A stretch of 64,000 nucleotides of DNA from Octopus vulgaris (taxonomy: Eukaryota), in assembly GCA_951406725.2 (NCBI GenBank), contig OX597817.1, positions 30,194,001 through 30,258,000 on the forward strand, in the 5' to 3' direction. The position numbers and the translations under genes were made by a program. The notes beneath the pieces are model-generated. The model saw nothing but the letters and a program-made list of their open reading frames with translations, had not been told where the DNA came from and searched no databases. Shown here in pieces: positions 1 through 12,637 of this stretch (position 1 is its first letter; the number at the start of each line of letters is the position of its first letter).

Positions 1-131
1 TATGTCAGCTTGGAAAAGTGGAGGTAAAAATGATGATGATGAAAATGATGTTGATATACAAATAAATATTTTCGTTCCTTCATCCATTCACATACTTGCA
101 TACATATACATAAATATGTATGTGTGTTGTG

Positions 132-282
<151 letters not shown>

Positions 283-1281
283 TATATAAGAGAGAGGGGG
301 GAGAGATACATACATAAATATATACATACACATATGCATAAATGCACACATACATATATATAATGTGTAAATGTACTTGTACGTTCAAACACACTCGTGC
401 AAATGTGTGTAGTACGTATATTTTTGTATGTATATTATAGATATATACATATGTATTTTGTGCATATATATATACATGTGTTTTTAAAAGTGTATGTATA
501 ATTATACATATTTATATACACACATGTATATTCACACAAAGGGATAAATGCTTACATGTGCATACACACACATGCTACACATCCACACATACATATTAAA
601 TGTGTTAATTAACTGCTATGTCTGAAGGTACAGTGAGATTTTTAATTTTCAATAGATCGTATTTGATAATTAAAGTTCAATAGGAATTTCTAAGAAAATT
701 ATATACTAGTTATGAAATAAATTGCCAATTATGTTGAGAATTCATTTTCTGTGTCTAATTTTGATCTAGGAATCTTCTGAGAGATTCTAACAGGTCAATT
801 ATTGGCGGCGTGATTGATTGATAAAAATCAGTAAATAACAATGCAATACTTTGGAATTTAAATTTCATATTATTTTTCCTGTTATATTAACTTTCATTCA
901 TATTTCTTTAAGGAATTCTTGCTTTGAGATTATCAAAACTAAATGTAGAAATAGATGTATTTTATGTATTTATTTATTTATTTATTTATTTCAATTTGTG
1001 CACACTAAGGGTAATAGGGTAATAGTTATCGCTTGAAGCTCAGAAAAAGATTTGGATGATAAACTAGTTATGAATTGGAAAACAAACTACTAAAATAATG
1101 AGAAAATGCTGCTATGCACAGTAGCAAGTGAGGAAAACTGGACACAGTTGTTTGACCTGCCAGAAATAGCATCAAAATCTATCTCCAATCACCTCCTGGT
1201 GTCTTAAAACAGGAAAAGACCCACTGAATAATGTAATCCAAGATAAATTTCTTGAAGTTGGTTATGGTTTGGACGTCAATT

Positions 1282-1740
1282 ACTGGCATCCGTGCTAGTG
1301 GAGCGCTAAGAGTACCATACAAGTGAGATCATTGCCAGAGCAACAAGCTGGCTTTTGTGCTGATGGCATGTAAAAAACACCATTCGAGTGTGATTGTTAC
1401 CTGCGTCGCCTTACTGGCACTTGTGCTGGTGGCACATGAAAAAACATTCGAGCGAGGTCGTTGCCAATGCCGCTGGACTGGCTCCTGTGCATGTTGCACA
1501 TAAAAAGCACCATTTGAGCATGGCCGTTGCCAGTACTGGCTAACTGGCCCTCATGCCAGTGGCACATAAAAGCACCCACTACACTCTTGGAGTGGTTGGT
1601 GTTAGGAAGGGCATCCAGCTGTAGAAACTCTGCCAGATCAGACTGGAGCCTGGTGCAGCCATTTAGTTCGCCAGACCACAGTCAAATCGTCCAACCCATG
1701 GAAAGCAGACGTTAAACGATGATGATGATGATGATGATGA
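1282..1740 (+). mobile_element. SINE-like family C (tandem ~60-bp modules, GTTAGGAAGGGCATCCAG, (GAT)n tail)
   Basis: About 13 homologous copies occur in the window; the 3' end is GGACGTTAAACGATGATGAT. Confidence 0.8.
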
Positions 1741-1755
1741 TCTTTGACTGCAGAA

Positions 1756-3025
1756 AGCTGGGCTGAAATGTTCAAAGGCTGACTATGAAGGTGTGATGCT
1801 GAGCTATGAAAACTTGCATGCATTAATTTTTACTCTTCTCAATAATAAACACATTGTTTCTTTCCAGGTAAACTGACATTTGATTTTTCAAAAACCACTT
1901 CAAAAATATCTAGTAGTGACTTCTCTTGAAAATGGACAAAATTTGCCATCCTGGTGTTATCAAGTACCTGCTGAAAGTGGGTTTAGCTCCCAAAGACATT
2001 TCTGCTAGCATGGTCGTTACATTAGGGGATAATATTCCAGCTTTATCAGCAGTGTGAAATTGGGTAGCTAAATTTAGGAGAAGAAGAGTGAATCTTGAAG
2101 ATGATCCAATGTCTGGATGTCCTACAACTACCACCACCAAGGAAATATTGATCATGTTTACTACGTTGGGATGAATGACAGGTGATTGACTATAAATACA
2201 ATAGCCAATGCTATTAGCATATCCCATGAAAGCATTGAGAATATTCTGCACATTGAACTTGGCATGATGAAGGTTTCTTCTTGGGATGGGGGCACCATGT
2301 CTTCTGATCCCTGATCAAAAGGGCACTAGGCTGATCACATCATGGGAAAATCTGACGCTGTTTGAGGCAGATCCAGCTGGTTTCTTTGAATGCTTCCTAA
2401 CCTAAGATGAGTGTTGGGTTCATTATTTTGAGCCAGAATCAAAGAGACAATCCATTCAATGAAAATATTCCTTCTCACCAGCTCCAATGAAGGCCAAGGT
2501 CATTTCATCTGCAGTTTTGGGGGATGCAAAAGACATTGTTTATTTTGGCTATCTTCAAAAGGACCATGCTATCAATGGAGAGTACTATGCCAACTTGCTG
2601 AGGCATTTAAGAAAGGCTACAAAGACCAAATGCCCAGGCACACTGACAAAAGGTGTCTTGTTTCATTAGGGCAATGTTCCATCACACAAATCCTTGGTTT
2701 TAATGACTGTGGTGCATGACTGTGGTTTTGAACTGGTTGACCACCCTTCCTATTCTGATTTCACCCCATCTGATTATCTGTACTCCAACATGAGAAGCAT
2801 TTGGCCAGGAATCAGTACCACAAAGATGATGATAATATATCGGCAGCTGATGACTTTTTTGACCTACAAGATGAAAGCTTCTTCACCAATCGAGTTGAAG
2901 TACTGCAGCACTGATATAAGAAGTGTGTGGGATGCAAGGGGGACTTTATTGCAAAATAAACCTCATTTGGTCACTTTCCATGAGAGAATCTTGGTTAGCC
3001 TGTGAACTTTTCACCTGACCCTTGT
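1756..3025 (+). mobile_element. Decayed mariner (Tc1/mariner, DD34D-type) transposon; transposase pseudogene from about 1932
   Basis: Frameshifted motifs: MDKI..VIKYL, DECWVHYFEPESKRQS, KVISSAVLGDAKDIV and HPSYSDFTPSDYL (YSPDLAPSD-like). Imperfect TIRs: GCTGAAATGTTCAAAGGCTGAC versus GTTAGCCTGTGAACTTTTCACC. Confidence 0.88.
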
Positions 3026-3791
3026 GGGTAATTAAAACTGACCAGGAGCTAAACAATAACAGTAATAACCACCACAGCTCTTAGATTTTGAGGAGGTGAG
3101 ACAAAAGTTATATTTTTACCTTTCATTCAAGAATAAGGAAACAACGTTCTAAGGAAGTAGAGTCAAAGTTCTTGACAAGGCATTTGTGGCAGTAAGCTAA
3201 ATTAAAACAAATATATTATTGTTATAATGAAATGCTGCAGTTCTGGGTTAGAATACTTTAAAGAAAATGCCAGAATTGGTAGAAAGTAAGGCAAGAAAGA
3301 GATGCTGAAAGAGATGTGTGGACCAAAACAGAAATGATGTACATTGATGTAGTTTCAGAACAGTACAGTTTGCCATCATTCAAACAATATGAATGAAAGT
3401 ATGGTAACATGTACCATACTTTCATTATTGTGTCTATTTACTCATAGGCAGATATCCTCTCAGCCCTGTCACCTTTGATCAAGTGGAATATCCAGGACAT
3501 GACAGTTAGAAGGAGAGAGGAAAGTACCAGCATCTGGCTGATAAGCATTTTGAAATAAGTACACTGGAGCAACATGATGTAAAGTACCATTTTGAAGGCC
3601 ACAACTCACTGCTCTTGTGATCTTGAGCTAAACAGCCTAATTGCTAGACCATGCAACCAGAAACCCTTATAGTTAGAAATAGAAAAGGCAGAGATAAGTT
3701 TGGTTTCAAGACATTCCAGAAGGTTCGTGTATGTTACAACAGCATGACCCAAGTTATGAGGTTTACATGCTGCACATACACACGCACACAC

Positions 3792-3827
<36 letters not shown>

Positions 3828-4009
3828 AGTCCTTGGATCATTTTTGTGACATATTCAATTATAAGCTGCAGTAATCAGGCAGAGATTTCAAGAAAGGATG
3901 ATCCAACAGCACAATACAAACTTTGGAGAGTTGCAATTATTTTACCTGATTAGTATTCATAATATTTCCTTACTTCTACATTTTCCTTATCTTTGTAACA
4001 GTTAACAAT

Positions 4010-4051
<42 letters not shown>

Positions 4052-4291
4052 GTTTAACGCCCGCTTTCTATGCTAGCATGGGTTGGACGATTTGACTGGG
4101 CTGCACCAGACTCCAATCTTGATCTGACAGAGTTTCTACAGCTGGATGTCCTTCCTAACGCCAACCACTCCGAGAGTGTAGTGGGTGCTTTTTATGTGCC
4201 ACTGGCACGAGGGCCAGTCAGGTGGTACTGGCAACGGCCACTCTCAAATGGTGCTTTTTATGTACCAGCAGCACTGGCAACGACCTTTCTC
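4010..4291 (-). mobile_element. SINE-like family C
   Basis: Reverse-complement homolog with a (CAT)n tail. Confidence 0.8.
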
Positions 4292-4297
4292 GCCAAC

Positions 4298-4310
4298 CAT
4301 CATCATCATC

Positions 4311-4341
<31 letters not shown>

Positions 4342-4435
4342 CCACCACCACCATCACCACCATCATCATCATCATCATCATCATCATCCTCATCATCACC
4401 ACCACCATCACCACCACCATCATCATCATCATCAT

Positions 4436-4467
<32 letters not shown>

Positions 4468-4478
4468 TCATCATCATT

Positions 4479-4509
<31 letters not shown>

Positions 4510-4570
4510 CCATCACCATCATCACCATCATTACCATCATTACCATCATCATCATCACCATCATCATCAA

Positions 4571-4623
<53 letters not shown>

Positions 4624-4655
4624 CCATCATCACCATCATCATCATCATCATCACC

Positions 4656-4687
<32 letters not shown>

Positions 4688-4870
4688 CATCAATATCTTG
4701 ATCTCTCTTTACCTCCTCTTTCTCATTACTTTATTCATTATTATTAATTTTTCATTGCCATCAGCCTCCTCGTCATTCTCATAATCATCATCATCATCAT
4801 TATTAGTAGTCATTATCATCATCGTCATCATCATCATCACTCACCACCACCACCACCACCACCACCACAA
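4298..4870. repeat. Long compound (CAT)n/(CAC)n microsatellite
   Basis: Seen directly; it explains the poly-His, poly-Ile, poly-Ser and poly-Met ORFs. Confidence 0.95.
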
Positions 4871-4957
4871 CCAACACATTGTCATCACCACTATCAACAC
4901 CACCACCACCACCACCACTGCTGCCATTGTCGCACCACTACCAACCACACACACACA

Positions 4958-4989
<32 letters not shown>

Positions 4990-5568
4990 TACACACACAC
5001 ACACACACACCACCACTACTGCCACCATTATCTCTGTAAACATTGGTGCTGGCCCCGGTGTCAGCCTCATCATCATGGTTGTCTTCATCGTTATCATTAT
5101 ATTCCTCAAATTCCTCATATTCATATATTTCCATTGTCCTTATCAGTGTCATTTGATTTAAAAGCCAAAACATAACATGGTGATTTATGATAAGTATTAA
5201 AACCATCTATTTGTTTTGTTTATTGTTTGTTTTTTTGCCAATCAGTTTTAATTTATTTGATTTAGTAGCCTTATTGAATGGTGAGATAAAATTTATAGAA
5301 ACTGAACATTTTGCTCTAAATGTACATATTACCATGAAATTCAAATATTCTGTCTGTATGTATGTTTAACTCTTACTATACAAAGTTTATGTTAAATAGC
5401 TATACAAGCATATAGGCAACACACACACCTTCTTTGAAGTCACTGTTAATACTACTATTGTTAAAAGTAAATTTGTACTCTACAAAAAGTATTGAGTAAT
5501 CTTTCAGTTTAATATAAAATAGTATAGTTTTTAATGTAACTTAACATAAAAACAAACGTTGATATAAG

Positions 5569-5624
<56 letters not shown>

Positions 5625-5627
<3 letters not shown>

Positions 5628-5799
5628 ATTTTGTTTTGTTTTTGTTCTTTTCTTCCCTTTTACGATCCCTCTTGATCGAAAACCTACGCCACCCCCTTTT
5701 TTTTTCTTTTGTTTTTTGTTCTCTTCATCTCCCAAAAGAAAAGCTCTACCTTGTAACTTGTCCCATCTGTGTGCAGCCCTGTGTGGCCAATAAAGAAAC

Positions 5800-5800
<1 letters not shown>
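5625..5800 (+). mobile_element. Probable L1/Tx1-type retrotransposon 3' UTR inserted in (TATC)n
   Basis: It is a pyrimidine-rich block ending CCTGTGTGGCCAATAAAGAAACT, flanked by pure (TATC)n on both sides. The clade assignment is inference. Confidence 0.5.
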
Positions 5801-5867
<67 letters not shown>

Positions 5868-6048
5868 AAATATTTATGCATATGTTCATATATATATATT
5901 CATATGTAAAGCTGTGTGCATCTATCTATATAATTATATATATTTGTGTATATGTATATATGCCTATATATGTATGAATGTATGTATGTATCTATAGATA
6001 GATATGGATATAGATAAACACACATACACACACACATATATATATGTT

Positions 6049-6144
<96 letters not shown>

Positions 6145-6149
6145 TAGAG

Positions 6150-6201
<52 letters not shown>

Positions 6202-6627
6202 GGATAGATAGATATACATATGTTTTAAAACAAATATATTTAAATCAAATTTCTTTGTGTGAAAAACGTCTGGAAAAATCATTTGGGATTTGTTCACAAA
6301 TGATTTGAACATTGTAAACTGGTTATTATCTGTTAGAGTTTATTTTCATACAAAATATTTTTAGCTTCACCTTGTAACTATTTCAATAATATTGCCATAT
6401 GTAGAAGGTCTTATAATACATTTGTGTAAATACTGACATGAAGTAAATAGCCAGTAGTATTATTTTGGTCAAATCTTGGTCTATTTTTTTCAGAATGAAT
6501 GCTTATGCTGCTCTCAATGTAAAACAAATGACAATACTTACTCCCAATTTTAAATGAGATACTTTGTGTCTAGTAGTCATTTCTTCTATTGCAACCAAGA
6601 CTATGTACATACATACATACATAGATG

Positions 6628-6667
<40 letters not shown>

Positions 6668-6700
6668 CATACATACATACATACATACATAAATATATAT

Positions 6701-7369
6701 AGGATTCTCAGAACCTTCCAGTCGAGAGATTCCCACGCTATTATCCTTCTCTTCTCCACTTTTGCCCGACCCCACCTTGAATACTGCTGTCCACTGTGGT
6801 CTCCCTACACAAAACAAAATATTATGAGAATTGAAGCTCCCCAAAGGTCAATCACAAAAAAGATAGATGGCATGTCAGACCTTGACTACTGGGGTAGACT
6901 AGAGAAGCTGAAATTGTATTCACTCCAATGACGCCGTGAACGCTACATTATCTGTATGATGTGGAAAATATTCCATCAGCACTGTCCGAATGATGTTGGC
7001 ATCACCTTCAAAATGCATCCAAGGCTTGGACCACGTGCCATCCGTCCACAACAAAAATCTAAATCGCATCACATAACGACAATACGGCACAACTATTTCA
7101 CCTCAATTGGACCCGCTCTCTTCAACATTACACAAGGACACGTCAAAAAAGAAACTGACCACACAAAATTCAAGAAGTCTTTGGACAAATTCCTTCAAAC
7201 AGTACCGGACAAACCACCCACACCCGGATATGTCTCCGCAAACAATAACTCTCTGCTCGAATGGGCCATGGTGCCCAAATCCTGAACTGAAAGACTTCGC
7301 CAGGTGGTGCTATTAAGTTAGACATGGCCTGGGCCAATACTGGCCAAAACCTTTCTAAGTTATTCTAAG

Positions 7370-7371
<2 letters not shown>
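6701..7371 (+). mobile_element. 5'-truncated CR1/L2-group LINE 3' end
   Basis: It encodes RPHLEYCCPLWSP...LEKLKLYSLQ*RRER...FKKSLDKFL with one in-frame stop (6929-6931, consistent with CGA>TGA). It has a TTCTAAGTTA repeat tail and is flanked by TA-rich repeats. Confidence 0.88.
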
Positions 7372-7425
<54 letters not shown>

Positions 7426-7669
7426 AAATATTACGGAATAAATCCAAACTTACAGGGAAAAATCAGATTTAGGATTGAATCCAATTTTATAGTAAAATAT
7501 TATATTATATTAATTAGAGATAAAACCACTATTAGGCAAATCATCCAATGAAAAACATTTTTTAATAATTTTGATATATATTTAAAATAATATAAATTAA
7601 TTAATCTTATGTATTGGCTTAAGTTTTTCATTGTATGATTTGCCTAATAGTGGTTTTATCTCTAATTTA

Positions 7670-7716
<47 letters not shown>

Positions 7717-8743
7717 CTCTCTATATATAAACGGCAGTTTGTCTGTGCGTGTTTCTGTGTGTCTGTTTTCTCGTACCCTCACCCTGACCACGGCTTTCAA
7801 CCGATTCTGATGAAACTTGACACACACATAGCCCAATGTCATAATTCAAAACTAACGCAGCGAAAATTTTGAAAAGTTCCCCCAGTTATGAAAAAAATTG
7901 ATAAATTCGACATGGGGTCGAGAATCATAAACATGAACCACAGACTGTCTAGGGGACGCAACTCGAGAATCTAAGCTTTTTTTATGCAACGCATTATCTA
8001 TGGTTGTTTTCACAACTTGCAATCGATTTTCACCAAACTCATGGTGAAGCTTAATGTTACCCTAAGAAACTCAATTCTGATGTTAGTTTTCCATGCAATA
8101 CCTTACCATCAGAAACAATCGATAAAATCATGCCATTTTGGGAAATCGCGTTCAAATTCAAGATGACATATTTTCGACAATATCTTTCACAAATTGGCAG
8201 GAATCTTTTTTTTTTTCACAACGAGCATCATGTCTGCTCCAAGGAGCTATATAGCCCTTTTTATTCCAATAGGATACATTATTGGAAAAAATCGGTTAAT
8301 TTAATCATATGTGGCACACATAGCAAACAAATTTGTGTATTAAACACAAACCAGACTGTCTAGGGGACGCAACTTGACCTTTTTAGCTATCGATAATTCG
8401 ATCCAACCAATTCCTACCAGGAAGAAATTACATTCGAGACTTTACCCCCAACACCGCCACTTCTGCTAATAGCTTTGCAGCCGCAAGTTATTCGAATACT
8501 TTTTTGTTTAAACTTTCTTTATAACTACCACCCCAAACGTTTTACCTTCAATTTTTGACGTACCCTAACGGTCCTCGGACGCTACTTGCAAACTCTTGGT
8601 TTATTAGAAACCACTTTTGTCGTGTGCATCAAAAAACTTTTCCTTTCGTTTGTTCAGTTTGATCACTTTTGACTTTTTCGTTGTTGTCACTCACATTGCT
8701 GCCAGCTTTTTGGCCGTTTTTGTACATTTTTATACATTTTCGG

Positions 8744-8866
8744 ATACTTACCCCACGAGCTCCTTTTTATTACACCTTTACCAAACACATTGCTATCCAC
8801 CAAAATACTTACCCCACGTGTTCCTTTTTATTACACCTTTGCCAAACACATTGCTATCCACCAAAA
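8744..8866 (+). repeat. 61-bp tandem duplication in the Helitron leader, directly before the ATG
   Basis: ATACTTACCCCACG...TTGCTATCCACCAAA occurs at 8744 and 8805 with few mismatches. Confidence 0.85.
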
Positions 8867-10896
8867 TGCCACCCAAGAAGAGAAGGACCCTCCTCAGCCC
8901 TCGGACGGCCAAGGCATCGGCTGCTAGGGCTAGAAGGGCACGCGAGACCCACGAGGAAACCGCCTTGCGCCTCTCGCAAACAGCTTCCCGTTATGCCGCA
9001 GCTCAGGCATCTGAAACTACTAGCGACCGTTCTACCCGACTTGCAAGGGTCGCAGCGTACAGATCTTCCCTCCGCTCGAGGTTGACGAAAGAGCAACAGT
9101 CCAGCCAAAACATGCGGGCTTCTTACTGTGCTTCCATCCGCAGAGCTCGCGAGAACCCCGAACAAAGGGCCATTCGGAATGCGGCCAACGCCACTAGCAC
9201 CGCCAGGACACGATCTGTCGAAACATCACAGCAGAGGAGAACTCGCCAAGATGCTGACGCCGCAAACAAAGCCATGGCCAAAGCTGCCGAAACACCTCAA
9301 CAGAGGAGAGCTCGCCAAGCTGCTAACGCCGCAAACACAGCCAGGGCTCGATCTGCCGAAACTCCACACCAACGGACTATTCGGACATCCAGACATGCCA
9401 TTAACACTGCTTCTGCTAGGGCTTCAGAGGGTGCTGAGGCGAGAGCTGAAAGGCTTTCAAGGGATGCCACTGCTACCGCTGTCGCACGTGCATCTGAATC
9501 TGCTGAGGCACGGTGCACTCGACTTGAGAGTATCAACAAACGTCGGGATATCATTCGTGGTGTACGTACCCCTGCCCCCGCTTTCTGGTTGTCACTAGCA
9601 TTCAATTACGACGCCACAATTAACTTCTCCTTGCGTGACGACATCAAGATAGGGTCAATGACAATTGTATGCCAGTTTTGCAAAGCCAAGAAATGGCCCG
9701 GAGAGCCACCTGGTTTGTGCTGCTCTGGTGGCAAAGTGGACCTGCCACCCCTACGGGAACCACCTCAACCACTGAAGGATCTCGCGGCGGGTTTAACCCC
9801 CGATTCGTCACAATTCCTTGAAATAATTCGAAAGTACAACTGCTCATTCCAAATGACCTCTTTCGGGGCCAAAATTCCTCCCAGAGAAGGCTGGATGCCT
9901 ACTTTCAAAGTGCAGGGACAGGTCTACCATCTTATTGGGTCACTTCTGCCAGACGAGATTCAGCAGTCTTCTTTCCTCCAAATATACTTCATTGCCGACT
10001 ACAACCACCAGGTTGATGCACGCCTTGGAATAATACCGGGTACAAGCTATGTTCCCCGCAAAGACATTCTTCTCCGTCTCCAAACCATGCTTCATGATAT
10101 CAACAGCTACGTCTGCAGCTTCAGATATGCCTTGGACAGTGCTCCATCTTCAAACTTCACCGTTGTCATTGATGCTGATAAACGACCCCACGGGGAGCAC
10201 GAACGCTGTTTCAACGCACCTGCGTGCAACGAAATTGCCGCAGTCATACACGGAGAGCAACACAACAGCCGTGACATAATCATCTCCTCCCGTGGTAACA
10301 ACCTACACAGGATCAGCGAGACTCACAGATCTTATGACGCGCTTCAGTATCCATTGCTTTTCCCTTATGGGGAAGACGGCTACCACTTCGGAATTCCTTT
10401 ACGGCAGCCCTCCAATCAAACTACTGCGGCATCAAAGACGGTTTCCTGCAGGGCGTTCTACTCATACCGGTTCATGGTCAGGGAGGGTGAGTTCAACTTA
10501 TTGCCCCGTTGTCGTCAGCTATTCAACCAGTTCGCCGTCGACATGGCCGCAAAAATGGAATCGGAAAGGCTGCTATACATTAAACTTAATCAGACCAAAC
10601 TTCGCTCCGACTCCTACATTCATCTCCGTGACGGTTTGCAACAAGAAAATTACCCTCGCAACATCGGCAAGCCATGCATCCTACCCTCCACCTTCACGGG
10701 AGGACCGCGATATATGCGTGAAAGGACCCAAGACGCCTTGACCTACGTGCGCATTTACGGCCGGCCGGACCTCTTTATCACCTACACGTGCAATCCCAGC
10801 TGCGACGAAATCACTCGCGAACTCCTCCCGGGTCAATCTCACACCCATCGACACGACATCGTTGCTAGGGTTTTCCGTCTGAATTTGGGCAACTAG
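8866..10896 (+). CDS. Truncated Helitron RepHel protein (676 aa): NLS-like start, nine 23-aa repeats, Zn finger, Helitron N-terminal region and Rep motif 1; HUH, Tyr motifs and helicase absent
   Basis: The ORF is uninterrupted from MPPKKRR. Motifs seen: CQFCKAKKWPGEPPGLCCSGGKV, YNCSFQMTSFG, FKVQGQVYHLIGSL, YDALQYPLLFP, LPSTFTGGPRYM and GRPDLFITYTCNP. It stops after DIVARVF, about 40 bp before the element's 3' end. Confidence 0.88.
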   Translation: MPPKKRRTLLSPRTAKASAARARRARETHEETALRLSQTASRYAAAQASETTSDRSTRLARVAAYRSSLRSRLTKEQQSSQNMRASYCASIRRARENPEQRAIRNAANATSTARTRSVETSQQRRTRQDADAANKAMAKAAETPQQRRARQAANAANTARARSAETPHQRTIRTSRHAINTASARASEGAEARAERLSRDATATAVARASESAEARCTRLESINKRRDIIRGVRTPAPAFWLSLAFNYDATINFSLRDDIKIGSMTIVCQFCKAKKWPGEPPGLCCSGGKVDLPPLREPPQPLKDLAAGLTPDSSQFLEIIRKYNCSFQMTSFGAKIPPREGWMPTFKVQGQVYHLIGSLLPDEIQQSSFLQIYFIADYNHQVDARLGIIPGTSYVPRKDILLRLQTMLHDINSYVCSFRYALDSAPSSNFTVVIDADKRPHGEHERCFNAPACNEIAAVIHGEQHNSRDIIISSRGNNLHRISETHRSYDALQYPLLFPYGEDGYHFGIPLRQPSNQTTAASKTVSCRAFYSYRFMVREGEFNLLPRCRQLFNQFAVDMAAKMESERLLYIKLNQTKLRSDSYIHLRDGLQQENYPRNIGKPCILPSTFTGGPRYMRERTQDALTYVRIYGRPDLFITYTCNPSCDEITRELLPGQSHTHRHDIVARVFRLNLGN

Positions 10897-11179
10897 GGGC
10901 TCTTACATACCCGGGCAACGCCGGGCTATGCTGCTAGTAGCAAATAAGAAAATGGAGGAGAATAATAGGTGGTTCATCAACTTTTAGATATTAAATTATG
11001 TTAAATTATTTATTTATTTACTAAACTGATAATTACAATAACATTTTATTCTTTACATATATGATATAAGATATAAAATATAGTAATATATAAGATACCA
11101 GTAATTATTATAAAAACATGAATATAAATTGGTAAAATCTTACAGCGCACATATATATACATATATACATATATACATA

Positions 11180-12577
11180 CTAACAGAAATAACAGGCATT
11201 GCCTGGGTTAAAGAGAATAATGAAATTGAAAAACACCTAGATTATACAGGTCTCAACTTCTAGTAGCTGAAATACCAACTGTCTACATTAATAATTCTCC
11301 AACCCATGTCAGCATAGAACATAGACGTTAAGTGAAATGTTAAAAGAAAGTTTCAACTCATATATGTGCATAATTCAAAAACATGTTTTGTGTAGCTCAT
11401 TTTGTAACAAAGAAGTATGTAGAGATTATAAACAACGAAATTTTGGTGATTCATTTGACGGATGTAGTAGAGAGCTAATCCAATGATAAATCTGACCTTG
11501 GATTTTGAAAGTTTTCGTGAATCCTGTCTCAGTTAAATCTCTTGTCACTGCAAATGATGCCATCTGTGGTGCAGTGTTTTGGAAGTGCTTGGAATCTTGG
11601 CCAGTTGATGTCAATAGTTTCTTCACTGACTTTGAAGGTTGGGGGATTGCGGGGAGTTTATCCTTCCCACCACTGCAGATCAGTGCAGGTGTCTCTCCAG
11701 GCCACTTCCTTGCTTTACAATGTATGCACTCAGTTGTCATTGCACCAATGGAAACTCTAGTGTCATCTGCATAATGAACTGCTGGATCATAATTGAAAGC
11801 TGCTTCATGGAAGTTGTTTCTCTGAGCTGTTACAACTGCTCTTCGTTATGCAGTGGAGTTCCTATTCTTTGTCAGCCGTGCATATCTCTGTTCATCACTT
11901 TAATATGCTTTGGCTTTTGTAATGCACAGTCTGTTCGTTTCTTGGTATGCTTCCCTTTCTGCAGCTGTCTCTCTTTCTCTGGACAAAGGCATTCTTTTGA
12001 TTTACCTTGAGATTGTAGACAAATTTCACACTTTCCTTCTAGGCATGGTTATATACACATATACAGAAATACACGGTAGCAGAAGATAGCAAACAATGAA
12101 AACAACTGGGTAACGGATATTATATTACTTAATACAGTGGGTAGAAAGTAAATAAGAAATTTTTATGGAAAATAAAGAACTGTATGGGTTGAAGCGAAAT
12201 TTATCAGTGAACCAAAGAGCCAGTATTGAAGGAAACAGAAAAAAGCCGTTAACAACAGAAAAGTACAAGACCATTGCAAAAGTATAGATGTCACTGACGC
12301 TAGAAAACAGGAAGTAAATATTTTTCAAAACATTCAGATGTGAATCTAATATAAAAAGCAATATATGTTTTATGACCAATGGATGTAAAGGAGACAATCA
12401 ATTTCTGAAATTTACTTTGCGAAGAGTTACCTCCAATCTCCACGTAACCCAGGAATGGGTGTAGCGGGCCCCCAGGGGGCCCACTACTCATTATTTGGAA
12501 AAATTTTAAGAGTCTAAAACCATCCCTGGAACATAAGAAATGGAGAAAATCAATTGGAAAATACGGCCGTTATAATC

Positions 12578-12619
<42 letters not shown>

Positions 12620-12637
12620 CGGGATTTATATTATAGA
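11180..12637 (-). mobile_element. Degenerate Helitron of a different family, tail-to-tail with the first
   Basis: On the minus strand the 5' end is TCTATAATATAAA and the 3' end is the hairpin CAGGC-AAT-GCCTG then TTAG (decayed CTAG). Coding remnants include MPRRK and CIHCKARKWPGETPALICSGGK...FKIQGQIYHWISSLL (11426-11740). Confidence 0.85.

Larger units (their letters stand above)
7716..10937 (+). mobile_element. Helitron, internally deleted, both termini intact
   Basis: The 5' end is A|TCTCTCTATATATAAA. The 3' end has the hairpin CCCGG-GCAACG-CCGGG followed by CTAG|T, giving the canonical A^T insertion site with no TSD. It encloses a Rep-like ORF. Confidence 0.93.

Noticed and set aside
4070-4784. 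225-aa poly-His ORF and overlapping homopolymer ORFs
   Set aside because: They are translations of a (CAT/CAC)n microsatellite joined to an antisense SINE and are open in several frames at once.
8617-8865. 83-aa N-terminal extension in the 759-aa ORF call
   Set aside because: It starts at TTG in a T-rich leader containing a 61-bp duplication. The ATG at 8866 (MPPKKRR) fits Helitron starts better.
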